From NCBI GenBank assembly GCA_000165425.1, contig CT868185.1, forward strand, positions 372,001 to 436,000: DNA of 64,000 bases, read 5' to 3'. How positions within the stretch are numbered: the first letter of the stretch is position 1; the number at the start of each line of letters is the position of its first letter. The position numbers were made by a program, and so were the translations under genes. Shown here one piece after another: positions 26,631 through 38,478 of the stretch. A model generated the notes under the pieces. That model searched no databases. It saw only the letters and a program-made list of their open reading frames with translations, and was not told the DNA's origin. The DNA is from Paramecium tetraurelia (taxonomy: Eukaryota).

Positions 26631-27070
26631 ATGCTGAATAGACAAATCAAATCTAAGAAGGTTAAGAATCTGATCAAGAAATTCGATGCAGAGGATGAAG
26701 ATGAGCATTAGGAGGAACACGAAAGTTAACAAGAAGAAGTGCAATAATAAACGAAACAATCATTAAAATAATTGTTGTCGGGAGTGATTAAGAGAGATGT
26801 TAAAAGTGAGAAGGCAATTATGGCAGACAAATAAAAAATATTGAACGAACTCACTGGTGAGAAGTAAAAACAAAAAGAAATTGGAATAAAGAAAAGCATT
26901 AAAAAGTTAGATAAATTAAACATAGTAGGGCTGTAGTCGAAAAAGGACATGTTGATCCAAGAGTGTCAACCAATAGAGATCAAGAAAGAGAGTTGAAGGT
27001 TATAGCAGCCAAAGGTTTGGTTAAAGTATTCAATGTACTTGCTGATATGAGATAGAAACAAAATGAATGA
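26631..27070 (+). CDS. RRP15: RRP15-like ribosome biogenesis protein
   Basis: After a ~20 nt intron: ERELKVIAAKGLVKVFNVL, matching the Rrp15 'ER.L..IA..GVV.LFNA' motif. Confidence 0.7.
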
Positions 27071-27183
27071 GTTTGTGGTGGAAATTGTTTGTATTTAATT
27101 AATTAAAAGTATCAATTTTTAATGCTCATTAATTTATAAGAAAACCTCTATTGGAGGATAAATTAATTAAATATCTTTAATCT

Positions 27184-28079
27184 TCATTTATAAAAAGTCT
27201 TCTTCTTGATGTCTGGCATCTTTTCGACAAGTTTGTTCCTCTAATACGTCACTATCTGAGGGCCTTGATATGTATGATTGAATGTAGGCTCAAAGATCTA
27301 CTTCTTCATTTAGGAATTAGTTCTAGTAGAATTCTAAGTTATTGAACTTTACTTTGGCTCTTGACTTCCAACCTTAGCAGATTGGTACAACATCCTCTAC
27401 TTCTACAACTATTTTTAAGGTGTTGAATAACCACTATTGAATGTTGGATTACCTGACACAGGTTTTAAGAGGATCTTTGCTTTCTATTCCAAATACTAAA
27501 TACTGAATTACTCATGCTTCTCCATTGCGATTTCTTAAGGCGTTTTCTGTGTCTATTTCATGGGCATCTCTGGTTCTTTCGCTCTTATTTGTTTGAGATC
27601 TTTCTCATAATTCCTTAATTATCTCTGAAACCCATTATTCGGGAATACCACGCTTCTACGCTTCCTTACGTAATTGAAGGCCTCCTAAAAATTCAGTCCT
27701 CTCGTCTTCATTATGTATGCTATCACTGCTGAGGCTGATCTCGACACTCCTGCTGCACAATGAACCAATACACCTCCTCGCTTCAACCCTTCTCCAATCT
27801 GATTACAAGTATCCCCAAAAAGTCTGGCGATATTAGCTGACTCAATATCCAATATGTGATACACCTCCCCATAACAATCTATTTTACTTTGTGCACTATT
27901 CCACCCTCAGGATAAGACACATTTAATCCGGCTGCCACTGTTAAAACTGTCTTAATTCCTCTCCCATCCAAAAGACTTCTATCATATGCAGCAGTGCAAT
28001 CTCCCAACCATAAAATATTACCGTTTTCCTCGAGAATTTAGTTCATCGACTAATACATTGGATCAAACATACGAAACAT
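27184..28079 (-). CDS. Dual-specificity protein phosphatase
   Basis: LWLGD...VLVHCAAGVSRSASAVIAYIM...PNNGFQRQL. Confidence 0.9.
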
Positions 28080-28269
28080 TGTAATTATATATTTATTAAT
28101 ATCAAAATCCCTCTTTAACCAAATCGCTTTACTTGTAAAATTAATTGGTAAAATCCCTTCACCAAAAATCAGTAGTAATTTATTATTCTATATTCCATCC
28201 TAATCTATTCCCTGGTCACCCTCCTGTTAATATAATATAATAATAAATTTCGTTTGTTTAAATTAAAAA

Positions 28270-28459
28270 GTAGCGGGTTAGCCGTTCCCCGAGGTCGTGT
28301 AAGTCAGGGTCGACTATGCTGGGACCGGGGCAAGCCCCAAGTAAACCCAGCCCCATTTAAAAATTGCAGTGATATCATTCTCCTCGTAGGAGATATCAGA
28401 TATCACTCTGATAAGAACAGATACTACACTTGATCTTAGCCAAAAGGCCGAGAAGGTAT
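28270..28459 (-). ncRNA. U2: U2 spliceosomal snRNA
   Basis: Reverse strand reads AUACCUUCUCGGCCUUUUGGCUAAGAUCAAGUGUAGUAUCUGUUCUUAUCAG, with the branch-point recognition sequence GUAGUA, an Sm-type site AAUUUUUA and 3' hairpins. Confidence 0.97.
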
Positions 28460-28512
28460 GAAATTTAATCGTCTTTTTATTTCCTTTAAATATTAATATT
28501 AACTTTATTATT

Positions 28513-28522
28513 TTATGGGTTT
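28513..28522 (-). promoter_or_regulatory. snRNA upstream sequence element (AAACCCATAA)
   Basis: AAACCCATAA about 55-63 nt upstream of the U2 start; resembles the ciliate snRNA USE. Confidence 0.65.
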
Positions 28523-29522
28523 ATAATTTAATATTAATAAATTTTCATACTTTAAATGATAAAACTTAATTCAGATATGCAAATTTGATAAGATACAAAT
28601 ACATTCTTAATTGAAGTTCTCTAACTATGTATGTGGTAAAGTTTAAGAATTCTACCAATATAAGTATAAAGTTATTTTTAAAACAAACAGTAGTAGTTTG
28701 TTAATTTATAAGGTAAAATCTGAATTTGATGGAGTGTTTATTGATTAGAGTTTATTACTTATGATTTATTTAATGATATATTTTAGGTTCTTTAATACCC
28801 TATCATATTGGGGGGGGTTAGCTTACTACTTTTGATTTATATTTATAATAGATCTTTATTTTAAATTATAGTGAAGGTTATTAAGGAAATAATCTAGCAG
28901 AAAATGAAAAGATTAGGGTAATGATTGGATTTACTAACATTTTGAGTAGCCATCAAATATTTGATTATTATTTTAATTTACTAAGTCATTAACTATAAAA
29001 CAATGATTACTATTAACTTATGCTATCTAATTAGATTGATAATCTCAATATCAATCAAACTTATTTACATAATTAAATCATTTTCATATAATCCAATAAT
29101 TATTTAGTAAATGTTTTTAAATTTTCAAAAAAAGAGAGATATTTGGTTTGCTTCTCTCAATTTTGAATATTATTATTTAATTAACCCAAACATTATACTC
29201 AAATATCAACCGGATTACCGATTACTTTTTAATATATAAATTACTTTAAACTAACAAAAAGATCTAGAATTGACTTATTTTTCAATTGAATTTATATCTG
29301 TAAACTATTTTTTAATATATATCAATATTTAAATAGGATGAAAATCTCAATCTATATACTTAACTCAATTTTATAAAATTAATAGAGAATACTCTAGATA
29401 AACTAATTTTATTATCAAACCTTGGATAGAATAGTTAGAGGCACTCTTGAGGAGGTGATAGGATAATTCTTAGAAAATGATAGTATTATTCTTTAGTTAT
29501 ATTAATAAAATAAATTTTAGTT

Positions 29523-31679
29523 ATGAAGGTAAGTATTATATTTATGATAATTTTAGTTAGCTGCATCTGAGGCATTCAAGAAACTAAAGTTGAAACATTA
29601 TTAATAGGCCAAAATTACTACGACCAAATTTTATCAAACAAAGCCATTTTTTTCAATGCCTGAATAAATTGAGAAGGAATCAGGTGTTTTAGCACCAAAA
29701 AGAGTCAACTAAGTTGATCTATTCAAAAGATATACTTATGAAGTATTGCCTGCACTTGAATAATCAGTAGAATTGGATTTACTGGATAAGGTATTTCAAA
29801 AAGTAGATCCTGTAGTAAGAGAATCAATCACATAAGTATAATCCTACATAATCTAATTAAATAGGCTTACATTAGAAAGTAGGTGGAATAATTAGCATAA
29901 CAACCAGATCCAGCATCAATCAAAGATCTCGATGATAATACTAAAAGTAATATGCCAAGAGAAAAGGCTAAATTGTTTTTAAAAGATTGGTTGGATTTGA
30001 ATCCAATATAAATTGGAAAATGGATCCCTTTGAATTATGAGTTATTTAAGAAAACCTTCAAATTCTTATCTCCAGGTGATTTCCAAAAAAACCTAATTGA
30101 ACTTTCCAAAAACTTTTCACTCATGATGACAGATGTGGGTTTCAAGACTATTGATTATGTGGATTCAAGCATAAGAGTGCCACAAATATTCCAATATAAA
30201 AAGTTATCCAAAGATAATTTCCATAAAGAAGGATTTTTCATAATAATGTTCAACGTCTTGAAAGGAGACTTTAATGATGAACTTAGAAAACATAGAAACA
30301 ATGAACTATTTTAGAGAGTCTTTGCAACCAGTGTAAATTTTGATGCTCTATTAACTGTAATTTTGAATCACTGGGAATTAATTTAATAATTAAGAACTCC
30401 AGATTAGAGAAAAGAATTCTTTAAGTCTCTTGTTGATTAATTATTGGAAAAAATAGATAAATAATAAGCAAATGCATCTATGCCTGAACTCTTATTTTCA
30501 ACAGTGAAAACATTGCAATTCTAAGACTTCACTTTGGATCTCACAAAATACGCAAATAATCCACTCCCAGTTCCAAAATCATTAATTGAGAATAGATTTG
30601 GGGTATGAACTTTTGTATTTAAAAATAGGAATAATACTATGGATATTCAAGTAATTTGCTTTTCTATGGAGATCATGGAGCTGGTAAATCTGGTGTGTTA
30701 ATGTAGGCAATCATATTTGCCTAATAAACTGGATGGATAGTAGCAGTCGTTCCATCTGGATATAAGTATTAAATGTATCAATACTATTATAGTTGGACTT
30801 CATTGAAATATGAGGCAAAGAGACATTTTAAAACTGGATTGTATATGCAACCAAAAGCAGCTTAGGAATGGTTGGAACAATTCAAAGAAGCCAATCAAGA
30901 GCATTTGAAGACCTTTTAAGTTGATTTGAGTCTTTATGGCAAATTCAATTTGAGTGGTGTTCATGATGATGATCCTGATCCTTGTCCCAATTTGTATGAT
31001 GAAAGAAGAGGATATCACTTCAAGGACTTTGAGAAATTCACAACACAAGAAGAAAGAGATTTCGAAGAAGCTCAAGATTAAATCATGTCTGCAAGAATTA
31101 CATTGAAAATTCCTAAGCCCCAATACTTACAGGAAATTATTGATTATGGCATCTCAAATGCTCATTATGCAACAAATGCTGTCTATGAAGTGATGGAACA
31201 ATTGTACAATACTGAAAAATATAAAGTATTAGTAGCTGTTGATGGTATTAACTGGTTCTATAGACCATCACAAATACCATCATTTCGTTATGAATCTGAT
31301 AAAGATCTAAGGGTAATTCTATGGTATTCAGTATTTTAAGGGACATGTACCACCATATCATATGTCATTACCTCGATTGTTTATGCATTTTGATGGCCAC
31401 AAAATTAAAAATGGTACTAAAATCACTGCTTCCTCTATTTTCAAACTATTTTAACATGATTTCCAACCTAAACATGTATTGTTACCTTAGAAATATGGTA
31501 TAAAATTGAATGGAGCCCCTTTGGATATGTTTAGATCATTCTGTGAGTATGGAATTCAAACAGGAATGTGGAAATGCGATGAGTTTTCTTAGAATACTCT
31601 TGAACAATTTTGGATGGAAACACAAGGTAACTATTTTGAAACAATAAAATGCATGAAAGTTCATTGGAGGGATATATGA
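29523..31679 (+). CDS. DAP3: Mitoribosomal protein mS29/DAP3-like
   Basis: LLFYGDHGAGKSGVLMQAIIFAQQTGWIV, YMQPKAAQEWLEQFKEAN, VLVAVDGINWF. Several short introns. Confidence 0.8.
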
Positions 31680-31765
31680 AAAATGTAAAATATTTTAACC
31701 ATTAAGAATAACAGAAATTTATATATTTATTAATTATCATGTGTATGTAATCTCTAATAATCATT

Positions 31766-32257
31766 TCAATTTTAACGAAGCAATTATGGATCTTTATACT
31801 ATTGGTTTAATGCTTGGATTTAGTTTAATAAAGATTAAGTCCACTATTAAATTGATAAATCTAAAGATTGCAATTCTTATTTATTCTCCTCCTGAACTTC
31901 TTCTGTTTCAAGTCGACTTTTTTGTGATTGCTCGACACAATTTTCCACATTTTTTTACATTTATACTTAAGAAAGTAGTGGTTAAAGTGGATTTAAAATG
32001 ACATGGTATGTTGTTACTACTTTTTTTAATTTACGAATTCTTGATTCTTTTTTACCAACTCTGCCTTCTTTCATGTAAGTGTTAACGATAGACTTACACG
32101 TAGATGCCAATAACGAGTATTCTTAAGCAACCTTTTTAAATACTTAAAATTAACGAAATACCTCTAACAAAGGCTTTTTTTGTAAGCAGATTTTATCAAT
32201 AATCTCCTACCTGATCTCTTTGTTGATTTTACTATATTATTTTTTCTCCTCGTCCAT
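31766..32257 (-). CDS. Small helix-turn-helix (homeodomain-like) protein
   Basis: IRQEIIDKI...LLE|VAQEYSLLASTCKSIVNTYMKEGRVGKK; one intron. Confidence 0.65.
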
Positions 32258-32472
32258 GGATTAGTATTTGGCCTGATTAATTTTAGAAAATAAAAATAAT
32301 TTACAAAATTTTAAGATATATATGATCATTGATTTATTTCGTCGATTTCTCTATATTCTGTCTATTTCAAAAATTTTTAAATAAATTTTCATTCAAATAA
32401 AATCTAAATACTTTAAACTTAACTCTAAAAAGTTTAATTTAAAATTATAAATTTGTGAGAATAATAACAATA

Positions 32473-34506
32473 TCAAATATGTTCTAATTTTTCTAATTGC
32501 TTTTTAATTTACATAATCATCTTCTAGTCATCATTTTCCAATCCTTAAGTTTGGTTCATATTTTTCATCTATGATTTATATATAAATATATGTACTGATT
32601 ATTATTCTATCAACTGCTTTTTGATTCTCTGCTCTTTCAAATAATCCTTGATAACTAACTTTTATTCCGATTAACTTGACTTAGGTGGTTCAGGCGGTCT
32701 TGGCAATGGAGGAATATGTTTCTTATTGTAAGTAGCATGCTCCTTCAAATAGAAGTCCCCTATACGTCTAGGTGAAATGGGAGTAGGGATGTTCTCCAAT
32801 GGCTTCAGCTTCACTTTCTTGTTGCTTGATTAATCCTTCTGATCAACTCCAAAATATATATGTTTTTCTTTAACCTTCTCAGATAACTCTCTGTATTTTT
32901 TAAAATCCGGTTCGTATTTCAATTTCCTTTTGTTCTCCTCAATTTCTTATCTCTTCTCTTAACTCACATGAGGTTGATATCTCTACTTCACCTCATTCTC
33001 ATATGATCTCTGCAAATTGATTCTTTCCTAGGCTCTAAGTCTGTTTTCATCCACTTTTGAGTCTTACTCTTTGTAATACTGTCTAGCCCTCTTATAACTC
33101 TAAGAGTAATATTATGCTTAGAACTTGTTCCATTGTTTTTCTCTCTCATCCCACTCTTTTTGTCTCTCTGCTGCTTTTTCCTTTCTAAGTTCTATAAATT
33201 TCTTATCAAATTGCATAATTTCCTGCAAATCAAATTCAGGATTCCTCATCTCCTTTAACTTATTTTTTCTAATTTCCTACAACTGCATCATATACGCTGC
33301 ATCCTATTAAGCATACTTCTCTGCTAGATGATGTTGCTTCTTCTTCTCCAAATATCGCTTGTTTTATTCTTATAAATCTTATTCTCTTTGCTTCTATTTC
33401 TCCTTCAACTTATTCAATCTTTAATCAATCTCCTCTCTCTTTTCTTTAGTCTTAGCCTCTTGAATAAGTGCTTGCTACTTTCTTATTTTATCTTCAGTCT
33501 TTTATATTCTTTCTTTTTGAATTTCTATCTGCTTTAATCTCTATTCCTATAATTCATTCCATTCCTTCATTTATTTCTTAATAAACTCTTGTCTCTGCTG
33601 TTCCTTCTATGGATCCACTTCAGGCTTAAGAATTGGTTCTCTATACATACTAATCTAACTCAACTCTGCCATACTGTTCATAATAGATTGAGATGCATGT
33701 TTATTCAGCTAATCCAATTTCAAATGTCTCTTTAAGTGTTCAATTTTTTCTTCGATATATAATAACTTTTAGACTAGCTCTTTTCTTAAACTCAAAATCT
33801 ATTGCTTCTGTTCTGGCTATTCAAATCTCAAATCCATATCATCCAAGTCTAGGATTTGTAAATTAACTTCTCTCCTGCTCTTCTCATATTTTTGTAGATC
33901 CTTCTTAATGAGTTCCTTCTAAAGAGCTTTAATTTTAGTTTATTCAATAACATTCTTCTAATCGTAATCATCGAAATGAAATTGATTCTCATTAATTTTC
34001 AATCCTTTTATGACTTTCTACAATGATTCCATTGTTAAATTTTAAGCTGTTTATTTAGATTAATGACTCAATTCGTGATTCTCAAATTATTATGCGAAAT
34101 ACTCTTAGATATTTCCATAATTATTTTGAACTTCAGCACTTAAGGACTCATTCAATCTTTTGATTAAGGATTATGGCTTTTCTAATTTATGATTGACTTT
34201 AGGATTTTGAAGCTCTACTTCCTTGTATTCTACTACCAGAACCCCTTCTTTTTTTCCTTGTCCCACAATGTCAAGTTGGTGGATCTATTCTTACTTTGGA
34301 ACTATGGATTCTCCAATCAAATGAAATTCTTCATCTTTCTACCATACTTCCACTTTTAAATCAACTGCCTTCTTCACATCAAGAGTGAACTTTTGATTCC
34401 AATTGTTTCCCACAGTAGTTTAATGAACTTAAGTGCCGTACTTGATTTTAACTAAGAAGTTAGCTAGCGGATTATCGTAATTTAAAATTTCGAGATTAAG
34501 TTTCAT
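32473..34506 (-). CDS. N-terminal C2-domain, long coiled-coil protein
   Basis: MKLNLEILNYD...FLVKIKYGTQVHQTT...WNQKFTL...LKVEVWQKDEEFHLIGESIV, followed by an E/K/Q-rich coiled coil. Confidence 0.75.
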
Positions 34507-35376
34507 ATTTTAATTATAGGTGGTTTAATCATTCTAAACGTATTTCTCCACACATTCGCATTGTCTAGTTCCTTTTTAGATATCAAAACGCTATCCAACT
34601 TTTTAATGGTCGGCAACAATCCAATTATATACAATCTAAAATTTGGAATGGCATCAAAGGGATTTCCATGAACAGTCAAAGTCCTCAATTCTGTCAAACA
34701 CTGCAATCTATCAAATTCCATTATGTCCTTTAGTTTGTTCGCATGCAAGTACAACGCCTTTACATTTGGTAATTCAGCAAAATTCTGTATATATATAAAC
34801 AATAACACTTACATAATCTAGACTTTCAATCATATTATGCGATAGATCAATCCACTGCAATTGCTTACAATTGATCATTATTTGATCAATGATATTGTAA
34901 AAGTTATGCAAGGATGTCAATTTATTGTAACTTAAGATCAAAGAACACTGGATTAATTGTACTTAAAATTGCTTCTTAGTTTATTTTTTCTCATCGATTG
35001 TTGGCTTGTACACGTTGGTTGATTGTTAGACAGGTTATCCAATTGTTCGCACAATTACTGGTGTCAATTTTTCCTCCTTCTATCTCTGCAACTCCCGCTT
35101 TTCTCTCTCTTTCTCATCCCCTTCTAACTTATCTTCATCCTCTTATTCCTGTTATTGATTCTATTGCACTTGAATATTCTCGTTTTCTTATTGTTGTTGC
35201 TGCTGCTTTTCCTTCTTTTTATCATCCTTCTATTCATCGATCGGAGCCTACTTACGTTTCCCTTGCTTCGGTATAGCATGTTTTAAATCAGCCAATGATT
35301 TGATATTCAGATTGGAGAAGTCCAAAGGAGGTGCATCATATGAAACCTTAGTATCCTACATAGTTGATTTGGACAT
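34503..35376 (-). CDS. LRRC51-like leucine-rich-repeat protein
   Basis: APPLDFS, LQWIDLSHN, KALYLHANKL, LRTLTVHGNP...FRLYIIGLLPTIKKLD; one intron. Confidence 0.8.
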
Positions 35377-35429
35377 GTTTTATTTCATTAAAATAAATAT
35401 CAGTAAGTAAATATCACAATTAGAATTAT

Positions 35430-35760
35430 CAAATTTTCAAAGTTCTAGGCATCGTAATGAATTTTATTTGTATTAAGGGAATGTGTGTGATTGTCTATCA
35501 AGCTTAGAATATAAGAATCAAGGAATTTGTAGCTATAGACGTAATCTTTAAACTTTATTAATAAATTAAGATTGATAACTTAGAAGGGATTTACAAATAA
35601 CAAACATTGAAATTGCTCGAATCCGAAATAATAAGAATAACAAAATCGATAAACTATATACATATTTTTAGAATTGAAAGACATTCAACAAAGTTAGAAT
35701 TCAATTAATCTAATATTAGAATATTGTTCTTAAGGAGATTTAGCAATATCTATCTGATTT
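35430..35760 (+). pseudogene. Degraded protein-kinase N-lobe remnant
   Basis: Fragments VYQAQNIRIKEFVAI and LILEYCSQGDL without a continuous frame. Confidence 0.4.
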
Positions 35761-35854
35761 AAATATGAAAATGATAAAGAATGCTAAAAAATTACTAAAA
35801 TTATTACAACAATTGTCAGTATTAATTATAAATTAGCTTTAGTAATCTGATAAT

Positions 35855-36420
35855 GAGGAATTTAAGTTCATATCAACAACTTCAATACATAATTGTAACA
35901 AATAGAATCCAAATTTTAAATTAGAAAATAGTTAATTACAAAATTGTAACTGCATTGTTTAAAGAAATAAGAGATTGACTAATAAAATTAGTAAATTGAA
36001 CTAGGGAATGATTAATAAATTGAGTGAGTTGAATAAACATTGTCAGAAACTTTAGCTTTCTTTTAATTAAAATAATAAAGTTCGGATAAAATACCTCAAA
36101 CTTTAGACCCTTAAAACTTAAATATTATCAATACTCTATGTGAACAAGTGATGATAAAAAAGTCAATATTTGATGTATTGTGAATTGAAAAGTAATAAGG
36201 ATTGTAAAGAATATATTTTAGATCTTGTAAAGTTTTTAATTGAATTATTTAATAATAAAATATCAAAGAAAATAAACCATACCAATTTTCTCTTTATTCT
36301 GTTCGCAAGGAAATATTGAATAAATAATATTTGATTTAAACAATGATTATAAAATTAAAGAATTCCTAGCTTATAATTTAATAAAGCTATAGTAAGGAAT
36401 TAAAGGAGACAAAGTAGTAA
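35855..36420 (+). pseudogene. Fragment paralogous to the pre-NACHT part (~41180-41630) of the NACHT-WD40 gene
   Basis: Clear nucleotide similarity (e.g. AATAATAAAGTT.GGATAAAATACCTCAAACTTTAGA.CC), with a deletion and a 152 bp insertion. Confidence 0.8.
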
Positions 36421-36426
36421 TATTAC

Positions 36427-36605
36427 TCAAACAAAAAATAAAATGACAGATTCTAAAAATGATGGATTAAGAATGCATATACCCCTAGAGAGTGTTTTCA
36501 TGTAAAGACCCAAAAAGAATATAAGAAGTGAAAATATAATTAGTATCTACATAATATAATAATAGATCATTATTTTTACTATAAATATATTATATCCAAA
36601 TTTAT
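36427..36605. repeat. ~180 bp direct repeat, copy 1 (copy 2 at 51457-51634)
   Basis: Shared core ATAAAATGACAGATTCTAAAA(A)TGATGGATTAAGAATG...CCCCTAGA...AAAGACC...GAAGTGAAAATATAATTA. Confidence 0.85.
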
Positions 36606-37569
36606 GATTTTTATTCATATTGACTTTGGCCAACAAAGAGTGAAAATTAAAAACGTACTTTCTTATTTAAGTCTGAATCTTAATTATTTTCTGCACATGA
36701 CTAAATTTTATAAATTTAACTATATAGATAGATTATTTGTAATTTGATGTTATAATAATATTCAATAAAAAAGTTTAGAAATCAGAATTTTGAAATTTTG
36801 GTAGATTTAAATTTAATAAATCATCTGTTACAGATTAATTTACCTACGATGATGCCTCCAGTATTTAATTTGGATTAATACATCTCACAATGAAATAAAA
36901 AATTGTAAGAGCTTATTTAATCGAATTTCTTCCTTGGCTATCCTAGGCTGAAAATTATTGCTCTTTTCTTTCCCAATTGTATTTAATTAATGATTCCACT
37001 TCATGTTCAACAAATTCGATACCCTACGAACAATTGTGTTATTCTTCTTAATTAAGGATATTAAAATGTTTAATCTATACAATGAAGACGCCTTGAGAAA
37101 AAATTTTATATACTGAAATGAACATTCTGGTAATTTATTGTTTATAACCAATAATCAATATTAAGTAAGCGAAGCTTATGAATAATCTTATTGATTAAAA
37201 TATGCAGACAATCATCAAATATTAAATATTGCACTTTTAACATGTTTATTTCATTAATGAAGCTATTTGTCTTTGAGAAAATTTTCAGATCTAATTCGTC
37301 TAATTTTAAATCAGAATAATAGATTAGGAGTATGAAGAGTAGAAGTTTTAGATAACAAATTAAAAATATTATTTTTCTCCTTAAAATTTAAATAGAATAT
37401 GAATATTTTCCTTATATACTGATTGATCAGTTTAAAATGGAATGTACACAATTTAAAATAAAACTATATTGACTTTGATATTGCATTGTACAATCTTAAC
37501 TCTTAACTGTCCTTTTAATACTAGCATAAAAAATCATTGTATTCATGAATATTAAAAATATCAAATAAG

Positions 37570-38130
37570 AAAATTGGATAAAAATTAAACAGGTAAGTAA
37601 ATTAAGGTTAGATATTCTACTCAAATAATGGGAACTTGAAATTGGTTATTTTATACTAGACAATTTAACTTTTTGATTCTATTAGTTTCAAAAAAGTTAA
37701 AGAAATCAAATTAGATTTTCAAGCCACTCAATCTGAATTTTCATAAAATCAGAAATATTTGGCCTTGATGTGTTCAACCAGCGTGTAAATTTTTGGTTTT
37801 TAAGACTAGAAGGATCTTGTTTAACTTTGGACTATCAAAGGAGATAAAAATTATATTAGCTCTATTGCTTTATCACCAAAAGGCGATTTCTTCTTAACGA
37901 GAGGTTAAAATTAAGTAGATTTCATAAATTCAATTGCGTTATGGAAAGTTTAGCAATCTTAATAATTTGCTTGAATGATAAAATAAATGATGAAGTAAAA
38001 ATTCTTAAGTTTTGTCCAGACGGAATTAATTTTGCAGCAGATCCTTCAGATGATCAATTTATATTCTATTGATGCTAATTAAACAAATTTTGTTAAAAAG
38101 TAGTATTTTGAAGAGTTGAAATTAAATAAA
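37570..38130 (+). pseudogene. Degraded WD40-repeat gene fragment
   Basis: EFSQNQKYLAL, LWTIKG...ISSIALSPKGDF, LKFCPDG, with in-frame TGA codons and frame breaks. Confidence 0.5.
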
Positions 38131-38478
38131 GATATTACTAAATTTTAAATGTTTTATTATAAATCCTTTGCCAAGTAATCATTATTGACTGCTCAATAGT
38201 CCACATTATCAAAATCAAGCGTAAAATAAGAAATTTCTAATAATTTTTTTTTCATATATATATTAGCATTATCTATTTATATTTATTGAATTTGAAAAAT
38301 AGATATTAACTTATATTATTTTCAAAAGTAAAAAAGTTTTGAATGACTGATGTCTTTAGGAATAAGGAGTAATTTGAAAATACAACCTATATAATACATC
38401 TAAGGTGTTCCATACATTTAATTTATTCTCCCAATTAAAATATTAATACAAATGTAACTCTCATTATTATTATTATTA

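Noticed and set aside
28809..28820. G8 run as an internal telomeric repeat
   Set aside because: It is a single homopolymer with no tandem TT(T/G)GGG units.
31766..32257. Tc1/mariner transposon, suggested by the HTH
   Set aside because: No DDE domain or terminal inverted repeats; it is a short intron-containing gene.
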